From the human T2T-CHM13v2.0 reference genome, Homo sapiens: a stretch of DNA of 64,000 nt. The stretch lies in NCBI GenBank assembly GCA_009914755.4, contig CP086569.2, positions 7,392,001 through 7,456,000 of the forward strand, read 5' to 3'. A model generated the notes under the pieces. That model made no database searches, was not told the DNA's origin, and saw only the letters and a program-made list of their open reading frames with translations. Positions 23,904 to 39,456 of the stretch are shown here, piece by piece. Each line of letters starts with the position of its first letter. Position 1 is the stretch's first letter. Both the position numbers and the translations under genes were made by a program.

Positions 23904-26592
23904 CTTGTCTGACACATTTAAACAGCCCCTCACTCCACTGTCACAGTGGTGAGACTTAATCCTTTCCTAAAACATTAAAATAACATTTTTGTAACAAGTA
24001 CTGCTAATGCTTATGAGTGCTTTAAGTATTGATAATTATCATTGGCAAAAGAGATAACCCTCAAGATATTGACAAGTGCCAAGCAGCAAGTTGGATATGT
24101 ATTTTGGCCTCATGGGAAGATCTAAAATGAGGCCACCAAAAAACAACTGCCTGTCAGAAAACTTTCATAAAGTATACTTCTAAAAAGTAAATATGTGACT
24201 AAAAACTATCATATACATCACAGTTTAAATAATAAACACCTAATAAATCCCATTTCGGCTCATAAATCCCTGAGACACCTTCAAAGACCATGAGTTTAAA
24301 CAATGTTTTCTTTTTCCCAGGACATTAGGGAGTTATGAAAAGGAAAGAGAATGTGCAGTTCATCAATAGGGTTATTTTTGCTTCATTTAGAAATAATCAA
24401 AAGAAATGGTGACAAACAAAAACAGATTACTAGGCACTTCTCCAACCAGGCAAAAAAATCCTACATGTCAGTTGACAGAAACAAATTCTCTATCTCTGGG
24501 AAACAGGAAGGAATTTTAAGATTTTTTTTTTCCCAAAGCAATACCAAGCTCGAATAGAATAATCAGAACAGCTATTTTTAAAAAAGTATTAGGGGGAGAA
24601 ATTAGCAATAGATCTGAAAAAGATTTGTCAATGAAAGAAAAAGAAGGCTATGCCTAGTTTCATTAGCTTATGTATAACAATGACAATAAAGATCTCCCTT
24701 ATTCATTCATCTGCGTGAATGCTGACCACATATGAGGGATTCAAGGTGCTGCCCTCAAGTCTAGATCCTGCCCTCAAGTCTTGACAGACTGTATATAAAC
24801 AGAAGTGCTATAAGAATTCAATTGTTTCCAGTGTTAAGGATCAGGGGAAAATGTAAGGAGCAAGGCACATGTGAGCTTAATCTTTGAGGCTATATGGAAG
24901 TTAGTCATGAGACAATGGATAAAAGGACATTTTAGGCATGAGAACAGAAATTACTGAAGATCTGGATTGAGAAATGCATGAGTTATATGATAGAAATAAT
25001 AAATAGATCAGTTAGGCAAAAGGTGTGTGAAGATGCATGTTGCCTGTAACTCAGCAGGGGCTGTAATGATGAGCGTAGGGAATGTGTGGGTGAATCCACT
25101 GTTAGAATGAGTGTGTGCTTGTGGGCTCTGCAGTGACCAGGGCAGAATTGTGGGAAACACAGTTAGTGAGAAAGGATGGGAGTCGCCTTAACTGTGAAGA
25201 AAGAAGAGTCACAGGTGGCCTTAGAGTGAAAGATTCTGGGAAGCTTAAGCAGGCAGCATTGTGTATGATGTAGGAAGAAAGAAAGAATATTAGAACAGCA
25301 GGTGTGAGAACTGTGCTGAGATTTTTGTCTAATGGAGTGGGTGGGTAGAAGAGAGGTATTTCTTGTTCCTGCAATTGGTGGTAGTTGTGGGCAGGGTAAT
25401 AACCTGCACCTCCCCAAAGATGGTCCCAGAACAATAGGGAAAGATTTCCCACAATTTTATGAACCCTCTTTGCAAAATGAACAAAATCTACACAAATACA
25501 ATGAGACTGCGGGAGTTAAACGTTTCCCCTATAACGAAACTTAAGAAATACTTAAGGAGGTCCATCTCAAGATGGCCAAATAGGACAGCTCCAGTCTGCA
25601 GGTCCCAGTGTGATCAGTGCAGAAGATGGATGATTTCTGCATTTCCAACTCTGAGGTACCTGGTTCATATCACTGGGACTAGTTGGACAGTGGGTGCAGC
25701 CCCTGGAGGGTGAGTTGAAGCAGGGCAGGGAGTCACCTCGCCCAAAAAGCAATAGGGGATAGGGGATTTCCCTTTCCTAGACAAGGGAAGCCATAACAGA
25801 CTGTACTTAGAAAAACAGGACACTCCTACCCAAATACTGCACTTTTTCCATGGTCTTAGCAAGAGGCAGACCAGGAGATTCTCTCCTGTGTCTGGCTTGG
25901 TGGTCCCACACACATGGAGCCATGCTCACTGCTAGGGCAGCAGTCTGAGATCTACCTGCGAGGCTGCAGCCTGGCAAGGGGAGGGGTGTCCACTATTCCT
26001 GAGGCTTGAGTAGGTAAACAAAGCAGCAGGGAAGCTTGAACTGGGTGGAGCCCATAGCAAATCAGCAAGGCATACTGCCTCTATAGACCCCACATCTGTA
26101 GGCAGGGCATAGCTGAACAAAAGGCAGCAGAAACTTCTGCAGACTTAAATGTCCCTGTCTGCTAGCTCTGAAGAGGGCAGTGGTTCTCCCAGCAGGGCGT
26201 TTGAACTCTGAGAATGGACAGACTGCCTCCTTAACTGGGACCCTAACCCCCATCTAGCCTGACTGGGAGACACCTCCCAGTAGGGGCCAACAGACATCTC
26301 GTACAGGCAAGTTCCCCTCTGGGACAAAGCTTTCAGAAGAAAGAACAGGCGGCAATATTTGCTGTTCTGCAATATTTGCTGTTCTGCAGCCTCTGCTGGT
26401 GATACCCAAGCTAACAGCATTTGGAGAGGACCTCCAGCAAACTCCAACTGACCAGCAGCTGAGAGGCCTCACTGCTAAAAGGAAAACTAACAAACAGAAA
26501 GGAATAACTTCAACAACAAAAATGACATCCACACAAAAACCCCATCTGTAGGTCACCAACATCAAAGACCAAAGCTAGATAAAACCACAAAG

Positions 26593-26956
26593 ATGGGGAG
26601 AATCCAGAGTAGAAAAGCCGAAAATTCTAAAAATCAAAGTGCCTCATCTCCTCCAAATGATCGCAGCTCCTCACCAGCAATGGAACAATGCTGGATGGAG
26701 AAGGACTTTGACAAGTTGATAGAAGTAGGCTTCAGAAGGTCAGTAATAACAAGCTTCTCCGAGTGAAAGGAGCATGTTCTAACCCATTGCAAGGAGCTAA
26801 AAACCTTAAAAAAGGTGAGATGAATGGTTAACTAGAATAAACAGTGTAGAGAAGACCTTAAATAACCTGATGGAGCTGAAAAGCATTTCACAAGAACTTC
26901 ACGACACATGCACAAGCTTCAATATCCGATTCGATCAAGTGGAAGAAAGGATATCA
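26593..26956 (+). pseudogene. L1 ORF1 remnant (N-terminal part), disrupted by in-frame stops and truncated at the internal deletion
   Basis: Starts 'atggggagaatccagagtagaaaagccgaaaattctaaaaatcaaagtgcctcatctcctccaaatgatcgcagctcctcaccagcaatggaacaatgctggatggagaaggactttgac', compared with L1 ORF1 'MGKKQNRKTGNSKTQSASPPPKERSSSPATEQSWMENDFDE'. There is an in-frame TGA at 'ttctccgagtgaaagg'. Confidence 0.75.
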
Positions 26957-29016
<2,060 letters not shown>

Positions 29017-30440
29017 AGCTGGAAACCATCATTCTCAGAAAACTATCACAAGGACATAAAACCAAACACTGCATGTTCTCACTCATAGGTGGGAATTGAA
29101 CAATGAGAACTCTGGGACACAGAGCAGGGAACATCACATACCAGGGCCTGTCAAGGTGTGAGGGCTGGGGAGGGATAGCATTAGGAGAAATACCTAATGT
29201 AAATGATGAGGTGATGTGTGTAGCAAACCAACATGGCACATGTGTACCTGTGTAACAAACCTGCAGGTGGTGCATCTGTACCCTAGAACTTAAAGTATAA
29301 TAAATAAATAAATATTAAATTTCTTGATCTCAAAAAAAGAAAGAAATACTTAAGGAAAAATAGGCAAGTATGCAAATCCTAGTGAGTCTTTAAATGAATT
29401 TCAAGCACCTCACTATAGGGTCCTCCAAGGGAGTTGTAAATTAGGAAGCACAAAAAGGAGAAGAATTTACACACTGCTGATTCATTGTCCTTTCTTCTGA
29501 TGTTCCCTTCCCCTTCCACCAGAAAACACTCAGCACTTCTGTGGAAAAGGTTTGGTATCTCTGAGAACATTCTGAACATGTCAGGGGAGATGTGCAAATG
29601 ATAACCCCATCACACACTCCCTCAGGGAGCTGTACATGCCTACTGGGGACATGTTACCAGGGACATCACTATCTGATCCTACTATTTATTCTAGAGAAAT
29701 CATCCTGGCTCCCTGCTTATGGTCAGGGCCAGCTCTCTGGGAGACAAACCACCTGCCACTGTGCACTACAAGGAGTGCACTGTTAACCTTAAAGGCCAAG
29801 GGGAAAACAGGCAAACTTTGCCTCAGTGCTCCCTGTATATTGGAGCTGTGAAGGAATTTCAATCCCCAGAGAGCTGGGATACAGAAAAGAAGAGAGCAGC
29901 CACATGGAATGGGAGCTGCGTAAGGGTCCTGCTTTCTCTGGAATCGTGCAAGGCTCTCCTTTACATTGACAGATGTAGAAAGATCTAGTATTAGTAGTGA
30001 TGCATAATTAATAATATTTTATTGCAAATATAACACTGAATAAAAGCAGTCTGCCTGATATTTACTGGTTCAGAAAAGTCACACATCTCCAAACAAAAAT
30101 AGCAATAATAGCTACATAGGAATGGTCTTCATAAGACTCTCATGGGGCCTGTCCAGTTAGGTTACAAAAAGTCTCTTCTCTGTGCATGTAATGCACATGT
30201 TACATGTTAAAATTTGCTGATTGTTTTCTTCTTTTCCAAATCATCCCACCTATGCCCCCAACTGAGTTAGGTGATAGACATGTTCTGTATCTGTACAGTC
30301 CAGTAAAATAGCCACTACACACATTTTGCTACTGAGCACCTGAAACGCAGCCACTGCAACTGAAGAACTGAATTTTTAAACTTATTTAATTTTAACAATT
30401 TAAATGGCTTTACGTCGCTAATGGCTGTCTTACAGGAAAA

Positions 30441-30620
30441 TACAGCTTAACTCAGTTCTCAAACTTTAATGTGTGTACAAATCATCTGGAACCTTGTTAA
30501 CGTGTAGACTCTGATTTGACAGGTCTGTGTGGGCCTGAGAGTCTGCAACTCTAAGAGCTCCCAGGAGATGCTGATGATGCTGGTCCATGGACCACACTTT
30601 GAGTAGCAAGATTCTGACTC
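30441..30620 (-). mobile_element. MER5-like hAT-Charlie non-autonomous DNA transposon
   Basis: 'cagttctcaaactttaatgtgtgtacaaatcatctggaaccttgttaacgtgtagactctgatttgacaggtctgtgtgggcctgagagtctgcaactctaagagctcccaggagatgctgatgatgctggtccatggaccacactttgag' parallels the reverse complement of the MER5A consensus '...ttctcaaactttagcgtgcatcagaatcacctggagggcttgttaaaacacag...gttcccaggtgatgctgatgctgctggtccggggaccacactttgagaaccactg'. Confidence 0.55.
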
Positions 30621-31675
30621 TTTCAGGAGCCACCAGTTCCAGTGTGTCTCAAATACTGAGTGGATAAATTGTCTCCAAATTTTTCTGGTCACACAGCCTG
30701 CCAGAAAAAAAATTCCTGAATAGCACTGTACTAACATCTTACATGTGTTATAAAACAAAACACAAAACAGAATACTGTAAATATCAGAAATAATGAAATA
30801 AGCAATATTTTATAATGACGATCACAGTAAATTCATACTATTAATAGCTAATACCTCAAAGCAAAATACACACTTGAAATGAGATTCATTGTTAAAATAA
30901 TGGAATTATGATCCACTCTACAAAAAGTCTCCTTGATAATTCCAAATTTCTTTAAATCGGATCTGAATAGGTAGGCATTGGTGTTTTAATGTCCCACTGT
31001 GTCCCACAAAGCTCTTACAGATGGGTCAGTGTAGCCATTTCTACATGTGTGTACAAGAGACAGAGAAGGATTTTACATTTACATTTCTGGTATTCCCTGC
31101 TATCTGCAATCACTTTATAGAAATTTTTTAAAGCCATGTGTATATCTCATGAGAGTTAATTTAGCTAAAACTACAAAAAGCGATCCACCAATTCACCTCA
31201 CTGAGATCACATTCGAAAGTGCTTCCTTGAACCCAGCTCTTTTGCAGGCCCTCCTGCTCCATATAGCCCAGGTCACCTCTGATGTACACATCAAGCCAGA
31301 ACACCACCTTCAACCTAAATGTTAAATATTACGACAGTTCATCTGTCTCCTAATTTTTCAATAAAATATGTAAAAATTGACACCTCAGTTTTCCTTCAAC
31401 ACTAAATATGTCTACCCAACTTTGGTAACCACTGTCTAGATAGTACATAGAACATCCAGAATTATTATGAACATCTCAGATAAAATTTACCCTCAACCAT
31501 AATATTGAACATTATGTTCTCAAAAACACAAGGTGGAAATTCTTCTTAAATTAGTATGTTAATCTAACAACAATTTCAACAAAGTTTACCAGGAACTGAA
31601 GCAAATTACTGCAGGCTTTATATGGAAAAATCAATGTACAAAAGTTATCAAGATCCTGAAAAAGAATAGTGCCCT

Positions 31676-31978
31676 GGCCAGGTGCAGTAGGTGCAGTGGC
31701 TCATGCCTGTAATCCCAGCATTTTAGGAGGCTGCGGCAGGCAGATCATGAGGTCAGGAGATCGAGACCATCCTGGCCAATATGGTGAAACCCTGTGTCTA
31801 CTAAAAATACAAAAAATTAGCTGGGCATGGTGACAGATGTCTCTAATCCCAGCTACTCGGGAGACTGAGGCAGGACAATCTCTTAAACCAGGGAGTCAGG
31901 GGTTACAGTGAGCCGAGATCGTGCCACTGCACTCCAGCCTGAAGACAGAGCAAGACTCCATCTAAAAAAAAAAAAAAA
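31676..31978 (+). mobile_element. Alu SINE with target-site duplication 'agtgccct'
   Basis: 'ggccaggtgcagtaggtgcagtggctcatgcctgtaatcccagcattttaggaggctgcggcaggcagatcatgaggtcaggagatcgagaccatcctggccaatatggtgaaaccctgtgtctactaaaaatacaaaaaattagctgggcatggtg...' ends with a poly-A tail. The flanks read 'aatagtgccct' and 'aaagtgccctact'. Confidence 0.9.
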
Positions 31979-32249
31979 GTGCCCTACTAGATGTTAATAT
32001 AATATACATTACAAATTTATTATCATCAAGACAACATGATAGTGGCATAAAATCAATAAGTAGATCAAAGGAACAGTAAAGAATCAGGAGTAGGTTGGGA
32101 CATACATATAGAAATCCTAACTCTAATAAAGGTGGCATTTCATTTAATGGCAAAGATGGGTCAAGGTAGTAAGCACTCTTGGCAAAGGTGGCTACCTAGA
32201 AGAAAATTAAAGTCAGACTCACTGTCTCACTCCCTAACAAACCCACCGG

Positions 32250-32465
32250 CTCTCGAATGGGGGCAGTTTTGCCCATTAGCAGACATTAGACAATGTCTGG
32301 AACCTGTCACAACTGCAGGGATAGGGGCTTTGCTCATAAAATCTTGTCAGTAGATGCCAGGGAGTCTGCTAAATATCCTACAATGCACAGGACAGTCCCA
32401 CATACAGTTGTCTGGCCCAAAATGTCAATAGTACCAAGGCTGAGAAATTCCACCCCTTTCCCTAC
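32250..32465 (+). mobile_element. MER20-like hAT-Charlie MITE
   Basis: 'gggggcagttttgcccattagcagacattagacaatgtctggaacctgtcacaactgcaggg...gctaaatatcctacaatgcacaggacagtcccacatacagttgtctggcccaaaatgtcaatagtaccaaggctgagaaattccac' parallels the MER20 consensus '...ggggacatttggcaatgtctggagacatttttggttgtcacaactgggg...gctaaacatcctacaatgcacaggacagcccccacaacaaagaattatccggcccaaaatgtcaatagtgccgaggttgagaaaccc'. Family name is from memory. Confidence 0.5.
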
Positions 32466-35400
32466 CTTAACCCTCATAGCTAAACAATTAAAGAGGAATG
32501 CTATTAGAAGAAAGGTGCCAATGTGAAACCTGGTTTCTCTACTCATGAAATGTGTGGACAATGGCTTGGACAAGTACCACTCTGAGACTCATTTCTTTCA
32601 TCTTGGTTTTCAGGAATAAGGATAATATATATCATGAAGCAATGAACAAGGACTCTGGCCAAGCGCAGCAGCAAATAAATGGTAGCTATGACGGCTATTA
32701 TAAAAAATGAGAAATCACATGAAGAAGTAACTGCAAACACATAAATGTTCTTTACAAGAAAAGGGGACATTTTGTTCCTAAGAGATCCAGGTTGCTTGAT
32801 GGAGCAATTTTGGAGACTTAAACTAAAGCAATATATTACAAATTCCCCAAGAGCAGGAATTGTGTCCATCTCATTCTCTCTAACAAAGACTGCTACATTA
32901 GAGAACCCAACAGACATGTAATGAATACATTTTTATTTTGTTTTTAGGGAGCAGAGAGAAAATAACATACTGATAGCCCTAGAACCATTCTTTACATATA
33001 ATCATTTGGTGCACAAATTGACAAGACCCAGCCAGCCTGCTGAATGGAGCCATCTGGAGAGCTCTAAGTGTTTGGCAGTGGTAGCCCTATATTCTGAAAC
33101 CAGCTGGGGAATTAGCCAAGCCTCTGGTCCCACAGCATAGCCGTGGGGACTGGGGATGCTACAAAGCCTAGAAGAGTCTCAGAATTCTCTGAAGATGTTC
33201 CTATAAGCTCTGGGATCTCTGAGCTTAAAGATGATGTATTTCTGTGCCATGAGTCTCAAGATGGAACTTGAGTTCTACATTCACCACACACTCCCACTAC
33301 CCACTTCAAACTTCAGAACTGAGAAGTCATTAATAACTTCTTCAGCCTCATTTTCCTAGACATAAAATGAGAAGTGGGGAATGAGGGAAGTACCTTTCAG
33401 TTACAAAGGAGTGTATGTCTAATACCTCTGCTGAAAACAGAGTAATGTTTTTGACAAATATTAACAACAAAAACAATTATCATGAGGACATAGTGAGAGT
33501 TAATTATAACACTTAAAACATACAGGAATGAAGCAAAGTGCTCTCAGACTCTGAGGAACAGATGTTATGTGAACACAAGTTACTAATTTAGTTTATAAAA
33601 CCTTTGCAGCCATTTTAAGTTCCAACTCATGGTTGATGAATAGGAAGTGAATGAAATGATGTACTCATATTTATAGCATATTTATCATATTTTCACATAC
33701 TTACAGCATTTTATAGCATTTACATCTTTGTAAATGGTTCCATCTTTCAATCATTTAAAATATAAAATTTGGATAGATTTTAGAGACAATCATTTTATCA
33801 AAATCTCAAGAACCTTTAAATCACTAATAATGTACTTATATACATCTGAATGTTATATCTCACCTACTGCTGCATTCACATCTAGAAGACAAGTGGCTAA
33901 GACAAGAAGGCTAAGACATTGACTCACCACTTCCCAAGAGTCCCCATTCAATGAGCCAGGCCCTGTAGGCATCTGCGCTTGCAAGCCCTGTCTTAGAATA
34001 AAGACATTGTCTTCAGGATTTTAGATTCAGGTCCTCAGGAGGAGAAACAAAGGGTACATTCTCAGCATTCTCTGAGATTTACTTTCCCAGAAATGAAACA
34101 GCAAAGGCCAAAAGAATTGTTTTTCTTGCATCACTTGACCCTGAATTATCAGGGCTGATTCATTCAGTCACCTGTGCTGCTCATAAGTACTTGGGAGTAC
34201 AGCTTGCTGATATGGCCTAAGAGGAAACTTTTCTCAGACTCCAAGCATATGGTCAATTTGGAATGAAGCAGCTGACTGTAGCTCTCATCAACCTATGGCA
34301 TCTCTTCTAAGATTCACTAGAGGCACCTGTTCTAGAACAAGGACTGAAATAGTCTTGGGTAAGTCAGCAGCTAGAGAAGTGGGCTGTGGCCTGAGAGGCT
34401 CACCACAGCTCCACAAACACCCTCTCCCAGGCGTGTCTCTGGTGTCAGGCCCCAAGGCTTCTCGTGCCTGCCCTCCCACTGTTTCCCTTTGGACACTGCG
34501 TTCCAGTTGTTCCACAATGTCAGTAGTGGGGAGTTCCTTCCCCCTGTTTTTCTGCCTCTTCCAATCTACCCATCATGCCCAACCCAGAGCAAATGAGAGC
34601 CACAGAGCCTCCTTTTCTGAAGTACTTTTATTAACAATTTCCAGGTTAGAGATACAAACCAAGACCTGTAGACTTAGCTGGGCAATTATATAATTTGCAT
34701 ATACATTTTTCAGCTCCCTAGCAGATAGATAAGTTTCTTGAGATCTAGGAGCTCCTTACAGTCATCTTTGCATGGTGAAATTACATACACATGTTTATCT
34801 TAAAAAATCCAACTAAAAGGGATAAATGTTTACCACTTAAAACAGCGCCAGCTATTCTATTCAATAGGCAGATGTGCCCCAGAACGAACTTGAGAAGGGA
34901 GACGTGGAGTTCCTGTTCTCTCACTGTCAATTACCACAAAAGCCTCCCTAGATGCAAACATTTCACCACCCTAGGTGTGATTACAATGAATATTCACTAT
35001 AAACCCAAACCAACTTACCTTCCCAATGGGTTCACTGTTAGAAACAGCAATCTGATCTAGTCCTGAAGCAAGACATGCATTGGTCAGGTAGAGAGATGCC
35101 ATAGTATTAGATTTTATGGGCACTTCAAAAGATTTTCAAGGGTAACTTTGACTGTAGACATTTTCCACCTTCCACAAGAATTTTAGAATTGCAGCCTCTG
35201 TGTTAACTACAGCTTCTCCATGAGCCCACACCCCAATCCTCGGCCAAAAGGTGCCTGATACATGTCCACAGAGTCCCCTAGTTTCCTGGTCCCTGTACCA
35301 TGTAACGCATTACTCTATGGAAGCTGTAGCCAAATGACTTCAACTTATTCTTGACGAAAAACACACCAGTGACACTCTAGCTCCATGTGTGAAAAATGAC

Positions 35401-36795
35401 AATTCAACAGCTGAAAAATGGCAAGCACTATGCATTTTGGTACTGCACTTACATCTAAAACCATAGAACATCCTAGTATTAAACTACGCTCAGGAAACAT
35501 CAGAAAAGATGTTTTGATAACTGACTTCTCTTAGCCATCAAGTTTCAAGATCTTTAGCAACTCATTCTAAGAAAAACTACTTGAAAAAAAATGAAGGATC
35601 ACTTAACTATACTTTGAATTCAGAGTGATTGCAACTATATTGTCTGTTAAAAATCATTAAGTGTTCCAAAGAAAGAGTTCAGAAAATGGAGTACAAACTC
35701 TCTTTCTACTTATTCACTAAGTATTTCATATTCAGCTATTCATTCTTGAGTCAAAGTAACTTGACTCAAAGTAACTGACTTCAATAAATTCAATACACTT
35801 AGAATAAAGAACAATTTATAGTTAGATGTGTGGCTTGGCCTGCCATGGTAAAATGAAATGGCAGTTGTTAGAATTTTCAAAAGAAAAGATCAGGTGATTT
35901 TTCATGGATGTAAGTGAAATCTGTCAACATGGCAGTGAGCTCAAAGGAATGTTACTGCACTTGATAACTACTTTTGGAGTGACTCATTAATAATTTAGTT
36001 AGATTGGCAACAATGCTCTCCAATTACTCAAACACCACTAGAAAACATTTTTCATTAGGAGACTTAAATAAACTTTTCCTGCCTCATTCTCATTACTCCC
36101 CATGTTTGCCCAAAAGAAATCAGGCCCAATTTAAAAGTTGCTCCTCCAGAAACATTTCCTTTGTTTCTCTTCCGTTGAGATATGGCATCACCTTTTCCCA
36201 AACTCACATGGCATAAGACACATATCTGATTTAATTACTTAGACTGCAAGTACCTGGAATCCAGGCTGCATGTTCAATTGAACCATGTACTTGCACCCTC
36301 TAACTTCCCACCACATAGAGCTCCTAGCACAATACCCTGAAAAGAGTACACCTTCAGCAAGGTGTGAGTGAATGAGTGAGGGAATAAATGTGGGCTTGAG
36401 GGGTTCTGTTTGGTGGTTCTGGCATATCCCAAGGCACAGTCATTTGCTAAAAACTTAATGTGAACCCTTCAAACACAATTAGGTTGATACTGAAGTTCCA
36501 CACAGTCATCTCATGGTGATTCGTGGTAATGAACTTCATTTGGACCAGTGGTAATCTAGAAAGTGTGTCTACATCTCTTTGAATGCGCTCCACTTGAAAA
36601 ATATTAACCAAGCATTTCTTTCCCTTTTAGAAGCTAAGTCATTTCATTTAACAGCATCTATAGCTGTCAGAACTTTGGCAGACTTTGTGAAAAGTGTCAC
36701 TTTAACTGTCCGATTTAAAAATTAATCACAAAAGTCTTCCTTTGTTTTGTTTTTACTACTTAAACTCCCTATTGATAAAGAAAAAGTACTGGTTT

Positions 36796-36845
36796 TTGTT
36801 GTTGTTTGTTTCCTTCTTTGTTTTGTTTTGTTTTGTTTTGTTTTA
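36796..36845. repeat. (GTTTT)n microsatellite, the expanded tail of the adjacent minus-strand Alu
   Basis: Direct read: 'tttgttgttgtttgtttccttctttgttttgttttgttttgttttgttttag'. Confidence 0.9.
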
Positions 36846-37146
36846 GACAAGGTATCATTCTGTTGCCCAGCCTGGAGTGCAATAACACACTCATATTGCA
36901 CTGCAGCCTCCACCTCTTGAGCTCAAACAATCCTCCCACCTCAGCCTCCTAGGCCCAAGCAATCCTCCATCCTCAGCTGTGACTACAGGTGTGCACCACT
37001 ATACCCAGCTAATTTTGTAAATTTTTAGTAGATACTAGGTCTCACTATGTTGTCCAAGCTGGTCTGGAACATCTGAGCTCAAGAAAATCTTCTGCCTTGG
37101 TCTCCCAGATTGCTGGGATTACAGGTGTGAGCCACTGCACCTGGCC
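36846..37146 (-). mobile_element. Alu SINE, minus orientation
   Basis: 'gacaaggtatcattctgttgcccagcctggagtgcaataacacactcatattgcactgcagcctccacctcttgagctcaaacaatcctcccacctcagcctcc...' runs to '...gattgctgggattacaggtgtgagccactgcacctggcc'. Confidence 0.9.
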
Positions 37147-37914
37147 ATGTTGTTTTTTCGTTTGCTTATTTTTAAGATTGTTGGGGTCTTTTTCTCATAA
37201 TACAAAAAAAATGCAGTTATTGTATTTGCTAAGAGAGAAAATTCCTGTACTTTAAAATCACATTTTACAACGACTCTGCTTACAAAATTACCGAAGGAAT
37301 CTCTTTCTCTGGATCTGCTTGTCCAGGAGTGAAATGTTCATTAAGGTCATCAGGCAGGCAGTTCAGGAACTCTGGACTAAAGTGAGATCAAACCCAAGGA
37401 GACCGCCAACTTCTATTTCTTGAAAATCCTCCTGCATACAATGTCTCATTCCTTTCAATAGTTTGCTCATTTTTGTCTTCTGGAAAGTAAGTTCATTTGT
37501 TCATGCTATCTAAGTGGAAGTAAAGAACCTCTATTGAGCCCCCAGCTTCACTTCTGGCTTGTAATGCACTATTCCTGAAAGTGGTGGTTCTTATTTCTGA
37601 AGAGGGGCTGCCTCACCCATCTTGTCCCATCAGATAACTTAAGAGTTCAGCGCAAGCCAGGCAAATCATGTAGTAACAGCCCCTCATTGTAGCAGCTAGA
37701 AAACGGAGGCCCAGAAAAATCCACTGATTTGCCCCTTGCACAACACTACTTACCAGTAGCCTCATGCAGCCTAGAACACAGGCCTGCTGGCCACGAGTCC
37801 TGTGTTCTTTCTTACCTAGCCTGATGCTTACAGCTCTCCTGGGAGTAAAGTGGCAAGCCCCAGTAGTGTTGCTGAGTGTCAGGCATGAAGCCAGGCAAGA
37901 ATTAGGTCCTCCAA

Positions 37915-38085
37915 ACCCTTGCTACTCAAAGTGCATGCCATGGACCATCAGCATCTGCCCCATCTGGAAATGAGTTAGAAATGCGGAGTCCCAGGCCTCA
38001 TCCAGACCTATGTCAGACTCTGCTCTTTAACCATATCCCCAGGAGACTCACAGGCACATTAAAGTTTTAAAAGCATTGCTACATA
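37915..38085 (+). mobile_element. MER5-like hAT MITE fragment
   Basis: 'ctcaaagtgcatgccatggaccatcagcatctgccccatctggaaatgagttagaaatgcggagtcccaggcctcatccagacctatgtcagactctgctctttaaccatatccccaggagactcacaggcacattaaagttttaaaag' parallels MER5A 'ctcaaagtgtggtccccggaccagcagcatcagcatcacctgggaacttgttagaaatgcagattctcaggccccaccccagacctactgaatcagaaactctgg...ccaggtgattctgatgcacgctaaagtttgagaac'. Confidence 0.55.
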
Positions 38086-38534
38086 GCAGGGGGGAAAAAA
38101 GGACACATCTTCGCCTTTTTGAGTTAAGCTCAGGCCAAATCCTGAGCTCACATCACCACCTATGGCAGATCACACTGAAGGATTCACCGGTGATCTGACC
38201 CAAATGGAATCGTCTCCTTTAAACACTAAGGGTAATTAAATAATCTGCAGAATAGAATCACTGGAGCCCAGTGGATGCCTTATATAATCCATATAATGCA
38301 TTTGTCAGTTTTGTTTCCTTGCTGATATTCTGACCTACTTACAGACTACTGAGGGGTAAAATGCAGGAAAGGTTGAGTAATAGAAGTGCTTCTTGATGGA
38401 ATGTCAAAGATATCCTCACCCACTTTTTTTCCTAAAGTGATTATCCACAAGAATTGTGGGTAAAGGGACACAACATGTGCTTCATGCCAGGATTAAGAAT
38501 GCAGGTATGGGAGTCAGCCTTCCTGGGAGCAAGG

Positions 38535-38715
38535 CAGAGCTCTACTTGCTGCCTCTGTGTGATCGTGACAACTCAACATTTGTGTCTCAGTTTTCTCACC
38601 TTTAAAATGGGAACAGAAATGACACTTATTTCATAGGTGTATGATACCAATGAAATGATAATGATCAAGCCTGGCATACAGTGAGTGCTCACTAAATATG
38701 AGCTACTGTTATTAT
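38535..38715 (+). mobile_element. MIR SINE fragment
   Basis: 'ctgtgtgatcgtgacaactcaacatttgtgtctcagttttctcacctttaaaatgggaacagaaatgacacttatttcataggtgtatgataccaatgaaatgataatgatcaagcctggcatacagtgagtgctcactaaatatgagctactgttattat' parallels the MIR 3' half '...ctgtgtgaccttgggcaagttacttaacctctctgtgcctcagtttcctcatctgtaaaatgggg...cagtgcctggcacatagtaagcgctcaataaatgttggttattat'. Confidence 0.6.
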
Positions 38716-38829
38716 ACATATCCTATGTGTCAGTGTTGCTTAAAACCACTGAAGCCCCCAAAATAGTTTCTTCTTGTGATTGACCCAGATAATGATCAAC
38801 AGCCAATCGACATAAAGAAATCAATAATG

Positions 38830-39118
38830 GGCTGGGCATGGTGGCTTACTCCTGTAATCCCAGCACTTTGGGAGGCTGAGGCAAGAGACTCTTTTGAGCT
38901 CAGAAGTTCCAGACCAGTCTGGGAAACATGATGAAACCCATTCTCTACCACAAATACAAAAATAAGCCAGCATGGTGGCATGCACCTGTAGTCCCAGTTG
39001 CTTGGGAGGCTGAGGTGGGAGGATGGCTTGAGCCCAGAAGGCAAGAGTTGCAGTGAGCTGAGCCTGGGTGACAGAGTGAGACCCCATCTCAAAGGAAGAA
39101 AAAACAAAACAAAAGAAA
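38830..39118 (+). mobile_element. Alu SINE
   Basis: Starts 'gggctgggcatggtggcttactcctgtaatcccagcactttgggaggctgaggcaagagactc' and ends '...gtgagctgagcctgggtgacagagtgagaccccatctcaaaggaagaaaaaacaaaac'. Confidence 0.9.
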
Positions 39119-39131
39119 CCAATGCACATCC

Positions 39132-39245
39132 AGGCTCAGTGGCTGTAACCTGTAATCGCAGTGGTTTGGGAGGCCAAGGTGGGAGGATCGCTTGAGGCCA
39201 GGATTTCAAGACCATCCTAGGCAACATAGCAAGACCTCATTTCTA
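39132..39245 (+). mobile_element. Free left Alu monomer (FLAM-like), about 115 bp
   Basis: 'ggctcagtggctgtaacctgtaatcgcagtggtttgggaggccaaggtgggaggatcgcttgaggccaggatttcaagaccatcctaggcaacatagcaagacctcatttctac'. There is no right monomer. It is followed by (GA)n. Confidence 0.7.
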
Positions 39246-39249
39246 CAGA

Positions 39250-39300
39250 AGAGAGAGAGAGAGAGACAGAGAGAGAGAGAAGGAGAGAGAGAGAGAGAGA
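39250..39300. repeat. (GA)n microsatellite with interruptions
   Basis: Direct read: 'agagagagagagagacagagagagagagaaggagagagagagagagagaaa'. Confidence 0.95.
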
Positions 39301-39456
39301 AACTAATACACATAAAAGGCAGACATTGAGAAAAGTCTCGCCTTACCAAAAAATGTGTGAATTCTAGGTTTGAGCAAAGACATGTACCACCTTTCACAGC
39401 AAATTCTAATTTACACTGATGTAGACTAAGAGCCACAGAGCTTGATCAACCATGAA

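Noticed and set aside
34288-34693. Overlapping 75-aa minus-strand and 132-aa plus-strand ORFs in a slightly GC-richer region
   Set aside because: Open frames on both strands at once are typical of GC-rich non-coding DNA. There are no splice or start signals and no recognisable homology.
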